Part shown: one piece after another, positions 10,484 to 21,520 of the stretch | How the letters are laid out: each line of letters begins with the position of its first letter | How positions within the stretch are numbered: the first letter of the stretch is position 1 | Assembly (NCBI GenBank): GCA_002256025.1 | Contig: NKIB01000215.1 | Location: 1-34,466, forward strand | Direction: 5' to 3' | Length of the DNA: 34,466 bases | Source of the DNA: Asterionella formosa | Lineage: Eukaryota | The notes under the pieces: generated by a model | Told to the model about the DNA's origin: nothing | The model's database searches: none | Seen by the model: only the letters and a program-made list of their open reading frames with translations | Translations under genes and position numbers: made by a program

Positions 10484-10966
10484 TGGTACCAGACCTCGAG
10501 TAGCAGTATTTTTTTAAGGTACCTGGTACCATACCGTTACCAGTACCTGATACCATAGACCGTACAGTACTGGTATTGCCAGGAACGGAGCACCAGCACA
10601 GTACCAATACTCCCCAGGGTGCAAGCACCATGCTGAAAGTTCTACAGAAACGCAAATGAATCCACCCGTTTGTCAAGGATTTCACGACATCAAAGGTTCT
10701 ACGTACGCCCCAGACCCCAGACTGTTCTACCGGTGTAACTACCGGTATTATGGGGATACAAGATACACCAATTTATAAGCAAACCGGCAATAGCTACTGC
10801 AAACGGTAGCCAGGGTACCCGGCAGGGAGTGTCTGGCAAACTCATATGAACTACCGTACCGTTATGTATTTGTGGAGTATGATACCGGTATTTAATCTTA
10901 TTTTCGTCGTCCCATCACTGAGGCGGAGTACTCCGAGTATCATATATAGACATAGCGGTATAATAA

Positions 10967-11565
10967 ATGCCGCTCGTCAAGATCTTTGCCAAAACAGGAA
11001 TGGCAAAAGCCATTCCATTGTCGGCCTTGCAAGCAAAGTTGTGTAATATTTGGGCTGTTAAACCAAATGTTACCAAAGTCATGCTGTTTCGATGTGACGA
11101 TTGGACCGATGATAGTTTTCAAGAGGACTGTTATGGTACGTGCTATCAATAAAAATATACATATTTCTATCAACAAGGGATATAGTTTATTGAAGGGGCT
11201 ACGATGGAATTATACCGGTCGGCTCTTGGACACCTACATGATAACCTTGCATTATTCGTACGTTGTACCATACCGGTATATAGTTCATGACAGCATGGAA
11301 TCACTGACTCTAATGCTACATATTTCTTCCTCGTTTCTTGCCATGGGTATTAATTATTACAAAATGTTGTTGTTTACATAAATCATACAAAACAGTCGAT
11401 ATTAGAGCAAAGGGCACAGACCAACGAACACGTGAAGTGGTCCTGGACAGTATGAAACAAGTTCAGATCGCCTTTAAGGAACATGGATTGATTGCCAATG
11501 TTAGATTGGAAACATATGACGAATCCCGTTATTTTCATCTACCCCCATTATCCACCAACGTATGA
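10967..11565 (+). CDS. Small tautomerase/MIF-superfamily-like protein (N-terminal Pro), 112 aa
   Basis: Exons 10967-11135 and 11396-11565, with a 260-nt GTACGT...AACAG phase-1 intron. Product: MPLVKIFAKTGMAKAIPLSALQAKLCNIWAVKPNVTKVMLFRCDDWTDDSFQEDCY|VDIRAKGTDQRTREVVLDSMKQVQIAFKEHGLIANVRLETYDESRYFHLPPLSTNV. The Met-Pro-hydrophobic strand start and two beta-alpha-beta units fit the superfamily (fold call is inference). Confidence 0.72.
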
Positions 11566-11679
11566 GCTACAGTAACTAAAAGTACATGTTAATAAATAAA
11601 TATTTATAAATGAACTGTCCATCATCCAATTCGCTTTTCCTATATTATTTGTCATACTACTGACACTACTGGTACCATA

Positions 11680-12591
11680 CTATAACAGCTCCAAAGTTAC
11701 CATGAATTCCATTCCCACCTTGGTAGATTGATCGATAATCTTGTATTGAGAATCTTTCAAAAATTCTTGCAAATCCTTTGGGTCGATACCCCAGTGCCAT
11801 TCTTCTCCTAGTAATTTGGCAAACCTCATTTGGCATTGTGTTAACCACCCATTCTCGAATGTGCCATTCTTCCATCCAAAGTGATCGAAGCATATTCGAG
11901 ATCCTTTCCCTATCACGGTGGACACATCCGACAATAAATCCAATAGCTGCGTGCCAGTGAGGTACATGGTCAATCCTTCAATTATGACCACGGTGGGGAT
12001 TGTAGGATCATAGTATGGATCATTCTTTTCCAATGACGAAGGCAATGATAATGCCGTCTTGAGTTTTGTTGTTGTCAAATCAGCCATTATTGATTGCACA
12101 CAATGGCCCGATTGATTTTGTTTGCGTTTACTGCTACTACTAGTAGCAGCATATGTTGCTGGATGATCGACTTCCCAAAATGTAACTGTACTAGCACTGT
12201 CAGTATCCTCCTTATAGTCTTGACACAATCTTGTGGCCAAGGTATCATATCCAGACGCCAAGACCAGTACTTGCGCCCTATTGGTATTCTTCCTTTTCGA
12301 TAAAAAGGTTCGTACTCCATGTTCCATATAAGTTTTTCGTATCCCAATTCCTTCCAAGAATTGTTCATGTACGAATGTATGAAGGACCCATCTAGCTAAT
12401 TTCCCAAATAAAGGATTATGTATTAGTCGAATCAACATGGGGAAAGGAACAACTCCGTTCAAGACAGTTATTTGTGCTGCAACAGCTCCTGGTGGACATT
12501 TGGAAGATCCATAGTCATCACTGCCTAATATAATGAGAAAGAGGGCAACCATCAAGGCCGTCTTACTGGGTGTTGTCGTGTCGTCCAACAT
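11680..12591 (-). CDS. Class I SAM-dependent methyltransferase, LCM (leucine carboxyl methyltransferase / TIGR00027-like) family
   Basis: Intronless ORF, probable start MLDD at 12591. Motifs PSKTALMVA, IRKTYME, QVLVLASGYDTLATRL, FWEVDHPAT, ADLT, DPTIPTVVIIEGLTMYL and GEEWHWGIDP are typical of this family. Confidence 0.88.
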   Translation of the reverse strand: MLDDTTTPSKTALMVALFLIILGSDDYGSSKCPPGAVAAQITVLNGVVPFPMLIRLIHNPLFGKLARWVLHTFVHEQFLEGIGIRKTYMEHGVRTFLSKRKNTNRAQVLVLASGYDTLATRLCQDYKEDTDSASTVTFWEVDHPATYAATSSSSKRKQNQSGHCVQSIMADLTTTKLKTALSLPSSLEKNDPYYDPTIPTVVIIEGLTMYLTGTQLLDLLSDVSTVIGKGSRICFDHFGWKNGTFENGWLTQCQMRFAKLLGEEWHWGIDPKDLQEFLKDSQYKIIDQSTKVGMEFMVTLELL

Positions 12592-13362
12592 TTTGGGTTT
12601 CTCATTTAGGTTTTTTGGTTGTGTGCCCACTTGGATTCGTTTTCTTGTTTCGTGTACGCCCGCAAAATTCATTTTTACAGTACATAGATATGTATACATC
12701 GTTGCTGCGACGTACGTAGAGTTGTACCATTGTACCAGTATTCACGTATGATGAATGTGTTTCAATATTGTGTATGTACACATTCAAATAGAAAGTAGTT
12801 GATGAATGATACGGAGTAGTACGGTTGTACATATTTATTTATTTATAATAAAAGTATTAGATACATTGAATTTGAAAATGATATTCATAATGTTTATTCA
12901 CGTATTAAAGTATAAGCAGACACACTGGAAAGTAGATGATTTTACTTAGCATAAGAGATGGTCCTGTAAAATCTTCCTCTGTATAAATGCAAATACTTCG
13001 AGGGTATCCCTCAATGTTATATATCTCAGTATGAGTAGTCTTTAATACTCATGCAACAAGTCCATACCGGAATCGTAGTACGTCAGGTATGAATAAATAC
13101 ATAGGATATAATGCGTATGTATTATTTCGACTTCTAAAATAATAGCAGAAAAATTATTAGTTTTATCGTGTAATATTGTATGTCGAGAAAATCATTGACA
13201 CCTGCCTCAATCAAAGCGAGACACAACAAAATCCCCTTCAGCCGGACCACCACCATTTCAGCATCAGAGTTTTAGCTATCTCTGCGATCGCCTCGCCTGC
13301 TCCCAACATCATCATCACCAGTTGTAAACGAACAGTAATCTAGCCATTGATCTCTGTGCATC

Positions 13363-15825
13363 ATGCGATACAAGAACATGTTTCAAGCCCTATTATTCTT
13401 CGTGTCGAACAGCAGCAATGCAACCACATCATTAGTAGATGCCTTGAAGCCCAAGAGGCCTCGGTTTGGCAAAGCATTAGCACAAGATACAACATCAAGG
13501 AATACTGCAACAAGCAATACTGCAACTTCCGACACGCCATTTCCCAATAACAACGATCATCATGATCATCCCCACCACTTTCGTCTTTCACCCTTTCATA
13601 TTGAAATACCACAAGATATTAAAGACATTCTTCAAAAGGTACATGCCGTCCTCTTGTACAAACCTCCCGTGGGGATTATTGCTGTCCTTGCCATGGCAAG
13701 ACTTGTCATGACTGGTCGAATCTTTCGTCTGTACGGACCACCACCAAAGGTACAACTTTCGGACGATGTCTTGCGTCAAAATGAAGAAGCAACTACACGT
13801 CAAAAAAGTCGGCGGCGGAAGCGGACCTTGCAATTAGATGCGGACGATCGATTGTATGAAACCTTTGGTGGTGTGTTACGGATACGTACCACGTTGTGCA
13901 CGTGCGCACTAACAACAATGACGCCGGAAGGGATAACAATGATGCCATCACAATCCATACAGCTCAAGGCATTCATGGCCTGTCAAATTACATATCGAGC
14001 TGGTGGACATTTGTTTGAATATATAGAACAAGTCATTGCTCCATTGGCTAGTTTAGAACATTCCCTGAGAGTGAATAAGGAAGTGAAGACATTGAGTCAG
14101 GAAGAAGGAACATGCAGTACTACTAATAGTACAGAAACTGACACCATCATTGAAATGGCAACCAAGGTGGCTGAAATTAGAGCATTGGATTCGCTGTTAC
14201 GACTTAGTCGGGACAGACTGCTAAAGACGTCGTCAAGATTACATAGGCTTGTCAAGTATTGGAACCATCGTGTGGCGTTGTCGTCCACGATGGGACGATT
14301 TCTACAAACCATGATGAAAGAATCAATTGAAGGAAATCGCATGCGATTGGCGTTTGCTCAAGGGGCGTACAAGTCGGAAATAGCAAGATTGGGTCAAGTG
14401 CAACTGGTCCTCATGGACAGACCAGAAGACTCACATGAACAAGATCTTGTTACAGCATTGTCGTCGTCCTCCACGAACAGTGCTGTCAATCAATCGAGAA
14501 GATTTCAAATGCCACTACTTTCAAACTATGCCATCCGATGGAATACGGGGGATGGAAATGGTAGATTGCACTTTAGATACTACGACGACAGCATGGACAT
14601 TTCAAGTGAGGAAGCATGCAAGATATTGCTCAAAGGAGAATCAAACGCACAGGCGTGGATCGATGATGCTAATGAATGGACTAAACGAGCAAGGACTGCA
14701 ATAACTAACATTTTGGAAGAATCCATTGGCCCTTTGTCAAAAATGAAAAATAACATTCAAGAACAGCACGTGGAAACTATTCGAGCATGGTGCCGCTATG
14801 ATGGAAATGGGCTAGATGCTGAACAAAATTGGAGGACAGTGTTGATGCTGGTTGATAACATTGCCAAACATCGTCGTGTCGGAGAAGGTCGGGCTATCGG
14901 GTTTTTTGATGTTGGCCTACTACAATGGACAAAACGAATAGATGTAATGGGTATTCCGTCGTCGCTCGCCGCCATTGGTGTCGCGCGTGCGGTTCACTAT
15001 TACCTACTCCCAAAATGGCCAGACCTCAAAACCACTGTATATGAAGGATATCTCATTGCTTGGGGCATCATTGAAAAGCGCTTTTGGGGACCACTTCAGG
15101 GCATTGTTCAAGATCTAATGAACAAGCGACCCAGTTTACTGGAGGCATTTGATGTTGCAAACGAGGAGAAGTCTTTGGATAACATGTTGCGAGATTTGGG
15201 GTTTAGCAATGGATCCGAGGGGGGTCGCAAAGAGGGTCTTGTTCAGGCAGCAAGGCAATACGAATCGGATCTGAACAATGGCCTCTTTCGCAACGCCATG
15301 CGTGGTCGCCTTATCCGTTTGCTACTGGTCCAGATCCAACAGCTCAAGGCTGGCCTACTCTCGGCGATGGAGTCCATTGACGTGCTGGTTGATGCCAATC
15401 AACTCAATATTCAACTCATGGCTGCGGTTCCAGCCGTCTTGTTGGTCACATTGGGAACAAGATTCTTTGTACGCTCGTTGTATAGCCTCCGCTCGAAGGA
15501 CATTCGTCCCATAGGCGACGTGCATGCTCAAATGGCCGAACTGTTGGACAGCATGGAGACACGATTGCTCTTGGCCAATGGTGGAAACACAGCACTCTCG
15601 GCACTTACTCCAACCGAGCTTGGTGACTTTGTCTTAGATATGTACACGTATTTGGTGTTGTTAGACTTCTGTTCTCCTCCGTTTCCGGGTCGAAGTTGTG
15701 AATCGATTCATAAAAGCATGCAAGAAATACTATGTGCGCAGGGTAGGGCCAGGGGGACTGATCGGCACATTGCGTTGTTGCGGTTGGTGAAGCAAAAACA
15801 TATGGACCTGCTTAAGTACTTTTAA
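13363..15825 (+). CDS. NCA2: Nuclear control of ATPase 2 / DGS1-family mitochondrial membrane protein, 820 aa
   Basis: The C-terminal region matches the NCA2 domain pattern: RFWGPLQGIVQDL, EEKSLDNMLRDL, YESDL...NAMRGRLIRLLLVQIQQLK..LLSAMESIDVLVDANQLNIQLMAAVPA. Confidence 0.82.
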   Translation: MRYKNMFQALLFFVSNSSNATTSLVDALKPKRPRFGKALAQDTTSRNTATSNTATSDTPFPNNNDHHDHPHHFRLSPFHIEIPQDIKDILQKVHAVLLYKPPVGIIAVLAMARLVMTGRIFRLYGPPPKVQLSDDVLRQNEEATTRQKSRRRKRTLQLDADDRLYETFGGVLRIRTTLCTCALTTMTPEGITMMPSQSIQLKAFMACQITYRAGGHLFEYIEQVIAPLASLEHSLRVNKEVKTLSQEEGTCSTTNSTETDTIIEMATKVAEIRALDSLLRLSRDRLLKTSSRLHRLVKYWNHRVALSSTMGRFLQTMMKESIEGNRMRLAFAQGAYKSEIARLGQVQLVLMDRPEDSHEQDLVTALSSSSTNSAVNQSRRFQMPLLSNYAIRWNTGDGNGRLHFRYYDDSMDISSEEACKILLKGESNAQAWIDDANEWTKRARTAITNILEESIGPLSKMKNNIQEQHVETIRAWCRYDGNGLDAEQNWRTVLMLVDNIAKHRRVGEGRAIGFFDVGLLQWTKRIDVMGIPSSLAAIGVARAVHYYLLPKWPDLKTTVYEGYLIAWGIIEKRFWGPLQGIVQDLMNKRPSLLEAFDVANEEKSLDNMLRDLGFSNGSEGGRKEGLVQAARQYESDLNNGLFRNAMRGRLIRLLLVQIQQLKAGLLSAMESIDVLVDANQLNIQLMAAVPAVLLVTLGTRFFVRSLYSLRSKDIRPIGDVHAQMAELLDSMETRLLLANGGNTALSALTPTELGDFVLDMYTYLVLLDFCSPPFPGRSCESIHKSMQEILCAQGRARGTDRHIALLRLVKQKHMDLLKYF

Positions 15826-16112
15826 CACAGGGTACGTTTGTTCGATCTTACCGACAGAAGACACTGAAGTAAATATTACGGAAAATATTTCGCTGTTGAA
15901 TGGAGACAGCGAACCAACTTAATATAACAGCACACCGTACTATATCAAGATGGTAAAGCACTGGTGTTCGCAATTAATTCTTTGTCATTTTCCCTCTTAC
16001 ATACTGTGTCTAGCCTTTTGTGTGTGATTGCACTGAAACGAATGAAAATGTAATTTCCAGAGGGGAACGACAGTTCAATCCGTGCGTGTGCCATTGGATA
16101 GGTTATGGAGCC

Positions 16113-19100
16113 CTATGCACGCAAAAACTTCCTGGTCCCAACAGTGGCACCATTCACCCCACATTGTAGGACAGATGCATTCACGGTACAGCAGGTGCAT
16201 TCCAAATCACAACCTACCATTGCTGTGGTAATTTCAAGATTTTCACAAATGCCAATGGGGACCTTACCAACAAACAAATTCCCAGAAACGTCAAATTCTT
16301 TTAGCAAAGTGAGGAATACAAGGCTACTTGGCAATAAACCTGTCAGGCTGTTGTTGGAAACATTTATAGCGTTCAAAAAGGAAAGAGACCCAAGCTGTGA
16401 AGGCAACGGCCCTGTCAGCTCGTTGTTTTCGAGTTCCAGATTACTCAAACGAGGCAGCAAGCCAAACGACGAGGGGATGAAACCGTTGATCCGGTTGTTG
16501 TTCAACGCCATGTTCTCAAGACTAGTTAGTCCAAGAACATTGTCGGGCAGAGTGCCTGTCAAGTTACAGTTGCTTAGCTGCAAGTCTCGAAGCGCCCCTA
16601 GATTTCCAAGCAGTCCACTAATATTCCCTCCAATCGGGTTGTCACTCAATGCCAAAAACTCAAGATTGGAAAACTTGCTGTAAAATTCGAGAGGAATCCC
16701 TCCGGTAAGATCATTACCAGATAAGTCAAGGGAAGTAAGTGCATCCGTCAATCCTAATGGAATATGTCCAATGAAATTGTTCCCGGCAATACCTATGTGT
16801 CCAAGCAACCCAAATCCTGAAGATCCAGACTCTTGAGCAGGGACTGGACCCCCGAACGAGTTCCCCGAGACGTCGACGTACCGCAAAGAAGGAAGCAAAG
16901 ACAGTGTTGAAGGGATGGTGCCCGTCATCTGATTGTAAGAGATATCGATCCTTTGAATTTTAAACGCGACATTGGCGAAAGCAGAAAAATTCAACGACTC
17001 TAGTCCCGGAATACTTCCCGAAATATTGTTGTGTGACAAGGTGAATTCCTGCCGTCCAACGAATGTAGTATCAAAGAAGTCTGCGAATGATCCAGAAAAT
17101 TGGTTGTAGTCAAGATAGATAAAGTCCAGTTTGGTCAATGTAGCGAACGAAGGAACACCGCCTATAAATGAATTGTTCTGTAAGTTCAAAGTACCGAGAG
17201 ACTCGAGCTTAGATATGTTAGGTGAGAGAAGCCCAGTAATATTGTTCTTGGAGAGATCCAAAGTCGCCATTAGACGAAGGTCAAAGATTGAGGATGGGAT
17301 AGTCCCAGTTAGTACGTTGTCATATAACTCGAGCGAGAGAAGATTTTGAAGGTATCCGATCTGACTGGGAATTGAGCCACTTAGCTTGTTGGTACTCAAA
17401 TCCAAGAGAGTCAACGAGGTCATTTGGGCAAATTCACCAGGAATGGTACCGTTGATATTGTTCTTTCCCAATCGAAGGAGATTCAAACCATCAAGCAAAC
17501 TTATCTCACTAGGAATATTTCCACTTAGTCCATTTCTGTTAAAGTCGATTCCAGTAACAATTTGGCGTCGAGTGGCATCAGTTCCACAAATGATTCCGAT
17601 GCTCCAGTCACAAATATGAAGTGTAGGAGTCAACCACCTCTCTTGTTCCAACCAATCTGCACCATTCGTGGCGTAGTAAAATACAATCAAGAGGTATCGT
17701 TCGGAGAAAATCAAGCCCAAGCCTTGGGTATCGAATTCATCCAGAGTCGATAACCAGCTGACTGCTCGACGTTGAGGCGAGTCAGCAGTCAGTACGCTTG
17801 CGAAGCCGGAGATCGCGCCGGCAGCTTGCTCGATATCCGCAGCGATTCGTGTAGGAGCTGATGAAGGTGATCTTGTAGGTGATGTAGTTGAAGATACTAA
17901 CACGTTTGGCTGCGGTGCATTTATTGCATCGGAGCCCTTTAAAGCAACCACCGTCACTCCAACGGTGACGCTAACAACTACGAGAAAGATAAATATCAAT
18001 ATGCATCGAAACTTTGGTTGACTCAGTATGTATTTGAGTCCAAAAGTGGCAGTCTCCGCATATATGATATCGTCACCAACTTCGTTTTCTTTTACAGGTG
18101 TGGCCTCAATGAGATAAGGGTTCGAGGAACTTTCGCCATTTGATTCTAGTTCCTGTTCGTAGGACAAGCCGGGTTCACCTTCGGGCCGACGAGGCGCACC
18201 AAAAGCTCGACCTTCCATCTCAACAGCTCCGGGACGATCAGCCCGGGAAAATCGAGGATGCTGTATTCTGCCAGGCATGGATTGTGTCATGGGACCACGA
18301 CGCAGCAACTCACCGGTAGCGTTCGATGGAGCACTGTGTTGACGTTGGTATCCACCATTCATGGCTTCTCTGTGCTTGTGTTGAAAGAATTGCAATTCTT
18401 CCTGTTGTTCTTCAGACATTATGCTACCATTCCCTATTGATGACGTGATGATAGCATGTCGCTGTGGAGCTGAAGAAATTTCACCTAATTGATGTTGCTC
18501 AAATTGGTCCGCTAATTGTTCTGCAATGTCAGGGTCGGAACCAGTTGAGATTAAATATTCAAGTAGAAGAGCTCGCGAAAGAACAGCTTCGCCCTCCTTT
18601 TCTTTCAATAGAGTGCTTGAAATACTGAGTGCGTGAGCCTGGGGTTGATGAGAATTCTTACCAATTACAGGTGGCATAGATATCGTGAGCCTATCATCAT
18701 TTTGCCCGAGGCTTGCCCCTGTAGTGCCTTTGGAAGCACCACCCCTGTCAATGCTACCATTAACAAATCCATTTGTCATTATGGATGATTTGTCAATACC
18801 ATGAGGCTTTCGCTCATCGGTTTTGTCTTTTGGTAGAGGTAATCGAGCAGCATATGAAATCATTCCAAGTCTTTGTTGCTCTTCAAACTGAGTTGCCATT
18901 TCTTCAGCCAAAGCCGGATCAGTTCCAGTAGTAATCATGTACTGAACTACTAAATCGTGCGTATCTAGCACAGGGGCAATGTTTCGCTGCGCTTGCTGTC
19001 CCTGAATTGTTTGTTTAGGAACAAAGTGAAGGCTTCTGTTGCTGTTGCTATGGTGAATGGTTTCATTAATGTTCCAGTCGTTGTTTTGAATATTTCCAAA

Positions 19101-19877
19101 TGCTACAAAATTTTGGTTGCTTTGGTATGATGGTGCTTGATTGGAATAGATAAGGGATTCATTGAATTTTCTGATGTTTGTTTGTTGCTGCTGCTGTTGA
19201 TGATAGTAATAATGATCTTGCTGTTGATGATGATAGTAATGATAATGTTGCGAATGTCTGGGAGGAGCGTGAAGTGCTCCGAACTGTTCTTGTTGTTGGT
19301 TATGGCGTTGTTGGGGCTGTTGCGGCTGTTGTTTTTGTTGCTGCTGCTGGTTGTTTTGCTCACACAACAAATGCGATGGACGAGAACGCCGAAAGACTTC
19401 CGCAGCCGACATCAATCCCATGGTGGAAACACTATCATTTGACGAAGGAATCATTTGACCTCTTGTGTTATCATTCTGATTTACCATTCCAACCTTTTTG
19501 AGGGGCTGCTGCTGCTTCATCGTCTCAGTTTCGGGGTTCGTATGATGGTTCTGTTCAGCTGTGAGGTTCTGCTGCTGATCCATGCTTTCATCAGTGGGAT
19601 TCAGCTGCTGCTGTCGCTGCTGATTCTTTTTCTTCTTCACCGGATTTCCAAACTCATCAACCTTGATCTTCTTCTCGCGAAGGAGATTCCCATCTTGGTC
19701 GAATTTCTGAATCGTTGTCGTCTTTTTTGATTTCTTCTTTTTTGTTTTGGATTGAATTGGAATAGAATTAGAAAACAGATCATGTTGACCAGACAATGCC
19801 AACCCATTGGAGTCACAGCCAGTGCGGTCTTCAGGGATAGGATGCAACGGACTACGAGGAGGCATTTTGGATGCCAT
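16113..19877 (-). CDS. Diatom-type leucine-rich-repeat receptor-like type II membrane protein, 1254 aa
   Basis: Q/H/N-rich disordered N-terminus, RPGAV and LIEATPV motifs, one TM (ILIFIFLVVVSVTVGVTVVAL), a PT stalk, an LRR N-cap (SPQRRAVSWL...ERYLLIVFYYATNGADW...CDWSIGIIC), many plant-type LxxLxLxxNxLxGxIP repeats, and a C-terminal C-x-C-x-CC cap. No kinase domain. Confidence 0.92.
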   Translation of the reverse strand: MASKMPPRSPLHPIPEDRTGCDSNGLALSGQHDLFSNSIPIQSKTKKKKSKKTTTIQKFDQDGNLLREKKIKVDEFGNPVKKKKNQQRQQQLNPTDESMDQQQNLTAEQNHHTNPETETMKQQQPLKKVGMVNQNDNTRGQMIPSSNDSVSTMGLMSAAEVFRRSRPSHLLCEQNNQQQQQKQQPQQPQQRHNQQQEQFGALHAPPRHSQHYHYYHHQQQDHYYYHQQQQQQTNIRKFNESLIYSNQAPSYQSNQNFVAFGNIQNNDWNINETIHHSNSNRSLHFVPKQTIQGQQAQRNIAPVLDTHDLVVQYMITTGTDPALAEEMATQFEEQQRLGMISYAARLPLPKDKTDERKPHGIDKSSIMTNGFVNGSIDRGGASKGTTGASLGQNDDRLTISMPPVIGKNSHQPQAHALSISSTLLKEKEGEAVLSRALLLEYLISTGSDPDIAEQLADQFEQHQLGEISSAPQRHAIITSSIGNGSIMSEEQQEELQFFQHKHREAMNGGYQRQHSAPSNATGELLRRGPMTQSMPGRIQHPRFSRADRPGAVEMEGRAFGAPRRPEGEPGLSYEQELESNGESSSNPYLIEATPVKENEVGDDIIYAETATFGLKYILSQPKFRCILIFIFLVVVSVTVGVTVVALKGSDAINAPQPNVLVSSTTSPTRSPSSAPTRIAADIEQAAGAISGFASVLTADSPQRRAVSWLSTLDEFDTQGLGLIFSERYLLIVFYYATNGADWLEQERWLTPTLHICDWSIGIICGTDATRRQIVTGIDFNRNGLSGNIPSEISLLDGLNLLRLGKNNINGTIPGEFAQMTSLTLLDLSTNKLSGSIPSQIGYLQNLLSLELYDNVLTGTIPSSIFDLRLMATLDLSKNNITGLLSPNISKLESLGTLNLQNNSFIGGVPSFATLTKLDFIYLDYNQFSGSFADFFDTTFVGRQEFTLSHNNISGSIPGLESLNFSAFANVAFKIQRIDISYNQMTGTIPSTLSLLPSLRYVDVSGNSFGGPVPAQESGSSGFGLLGHIGIAGNNFIGHIPLGLTDALTSLDLSGNDLTGGIPLEFYSKFSNLEFLALSDNPIGGNISGLLGNLGALRDLQLSNCNLTGTLPDNVLGLTSLENMALNNNRINGFIPSSFGLLPRLSNLELENNELTGPLPSQLGSLSFLNAINVSNNSLTGLLPSSLVFLTLLKEFDVSGNLFVGKVPIGICENLEITTAMVGCDLECTCCTVNASVLQCGVNGATVGTRKFLRA

Positions 19878-20699
19878 TCTATATAGTTAATCAAGTCGAA
19901 GAGACACTATTTAGTAAAATGAACATGGGACGAGGGAGACAGGTTTCAATCGATCAGGGATTCTCGAGCACTATTACTATCATGGAGGGAGGGAGGACTT
20001 GAACCTATTAACTGACAATACGGACACCACGCGGAGAAGCGAGGTTTGTTTTTGTATTCAAGGAGGACGGACAATCTAACAGACGGTATTGACCGGGACG
20101 GTACAGCATTATGCAAACTGGAAACAGTCATATTTATTGTTGTTTTGTACTTAAAGGTGACACGTACATACCGGAATCTACATTCCGGCATGTACTCTCA
20201 TATCCATAAGTATATCCAAGAATGTCCGGATGACCCCATTTATTCGGAATCCATGACGGTGCGTGCTGCTGATCGGTGGATCATGATATGGACGAGGGGA
20301 CTGGAACGACTTCTATTGCTTACGGGTACATTTACGCATATTTAACGATCTGTACATGTTTAAATTTAAGCAAACAACGAGGACATCGATGATAAAACTC
20401 CACAACACATGATAATCTTACGTGCTGTCTTATATATGGTATTAGACACGTGTATTAGTATCCAGGGGCGGACATAAATACGTATACCTCCATTTCGGAA
20501 ATAGCTAGTTTTGACCTTTTTATATGTGATATTTCGTACAGGTGGATATTTGTGATGTCTCGGATGATTCCCGCTTATGTAGTATAGTATGCAAACCGGT
20601 AATTATGCATGAGATTGTTATTTCATGTCAGTCTTTCACGTCGTCATGACGTCACCAGCTTATGACTATCCTTGTATTCACTGCATTGCTCATGCCTCT

Positions 20700-20950
20700 G
20701 GTATTGTGGTGCACTTGGTGGGTTCTTTTATTCCTTTCCATTACTCATTAGCACTTGTTGCTGCTTTTTGGTTCGAAATAAGTTTCTCACAATATCTAGA
20801 GCTTACTTCTGAAGCACTTTGTTTAGTTTACCAGTACTAGCTACTTTCAGCCAATCTTCTATTCTCATCCATTGAGATACCTGTTATTGCAGCTGGAGAA
20901 TTATCAGAGCTTTGCTTTGATAAAGCTTTTGCCAATTTTTTCCTTGCAAC
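20700..20950 (-). pseudogene. Short decayed coding-like remnant
   Basis: Minus frame VARKKLAKALSKQSSDNSPAAITGISMDENRRLAESS*YW*TKQSASEVSSRYCEKLISNQKAATSANE*. The first two stops lie within a TACCAGTACTAG patch at 20829-20840. Confidence 0.25.
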
Positions 20951-21520
20951 TATTATATACTTGAACAGTGGGGGTACGAGGGTTACTGTATTAGCGATTG
21001 AGTTTAGTTGTAAAGCACTGTAGAACTGTACCTATATATTGTGTACAGCATTGCCCCTTCTTATGCAAAATTCACAACGCTTGCTAGAGCCCGCATGCCC
21101 ATAAGTAATATTTTTAATTTTGACAGTTGGCTGCTCACACATGCTGCAGACATACAATACACCATACATAGTAAGTACAGTTTTTGCGAGTTCCGTAGAG
21201 TGTATACTATGAATGTATCATGTAGGAGTGTATGAGCTAATATTTTAGTGATACCACATGAGTTCTGTTACTGTATATACTAATGCAATCAGGTAATGCG
21301 TACCACGCAACGGTACTGGTACCGGTAGTCCATAAATTTCTCCGCCCGCTCACCCTTTGTCTGCTATGACTCTCCTTAGCTAGCTTTATTTTTCAAGCGC
21401 CATCACAACATCAGAACGCTACAATGATTATATTTTCCCTCCATGCATCGAGCCTATTTGGATTGACTTGTCTATTTACAGCCTCTCATTTCACTCTCAA
21501 TGGCCCGCCAGTGACTTGAA

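Noticed and set aside
12592..12699. Longest-ORF N-terminal extensions (also 23909-23989, 25177-25293, 21553-21625)
   Set aside because: They read like UTR, promoter or intron sequence. Downstream ATGs or a spliced first exon give better family-typical starts.
16105..16683. 192-aa + strand ORF and other + ORFs across 17131-19730
   Set aside because: Antisense shadows of the LRR gene with no independent protein features.
19180..19360. CAG/CAT microsatellite-like tracts
   Set aside because: Ordinary poly-Q/His low-complexity coding sequence within the LRR protein.
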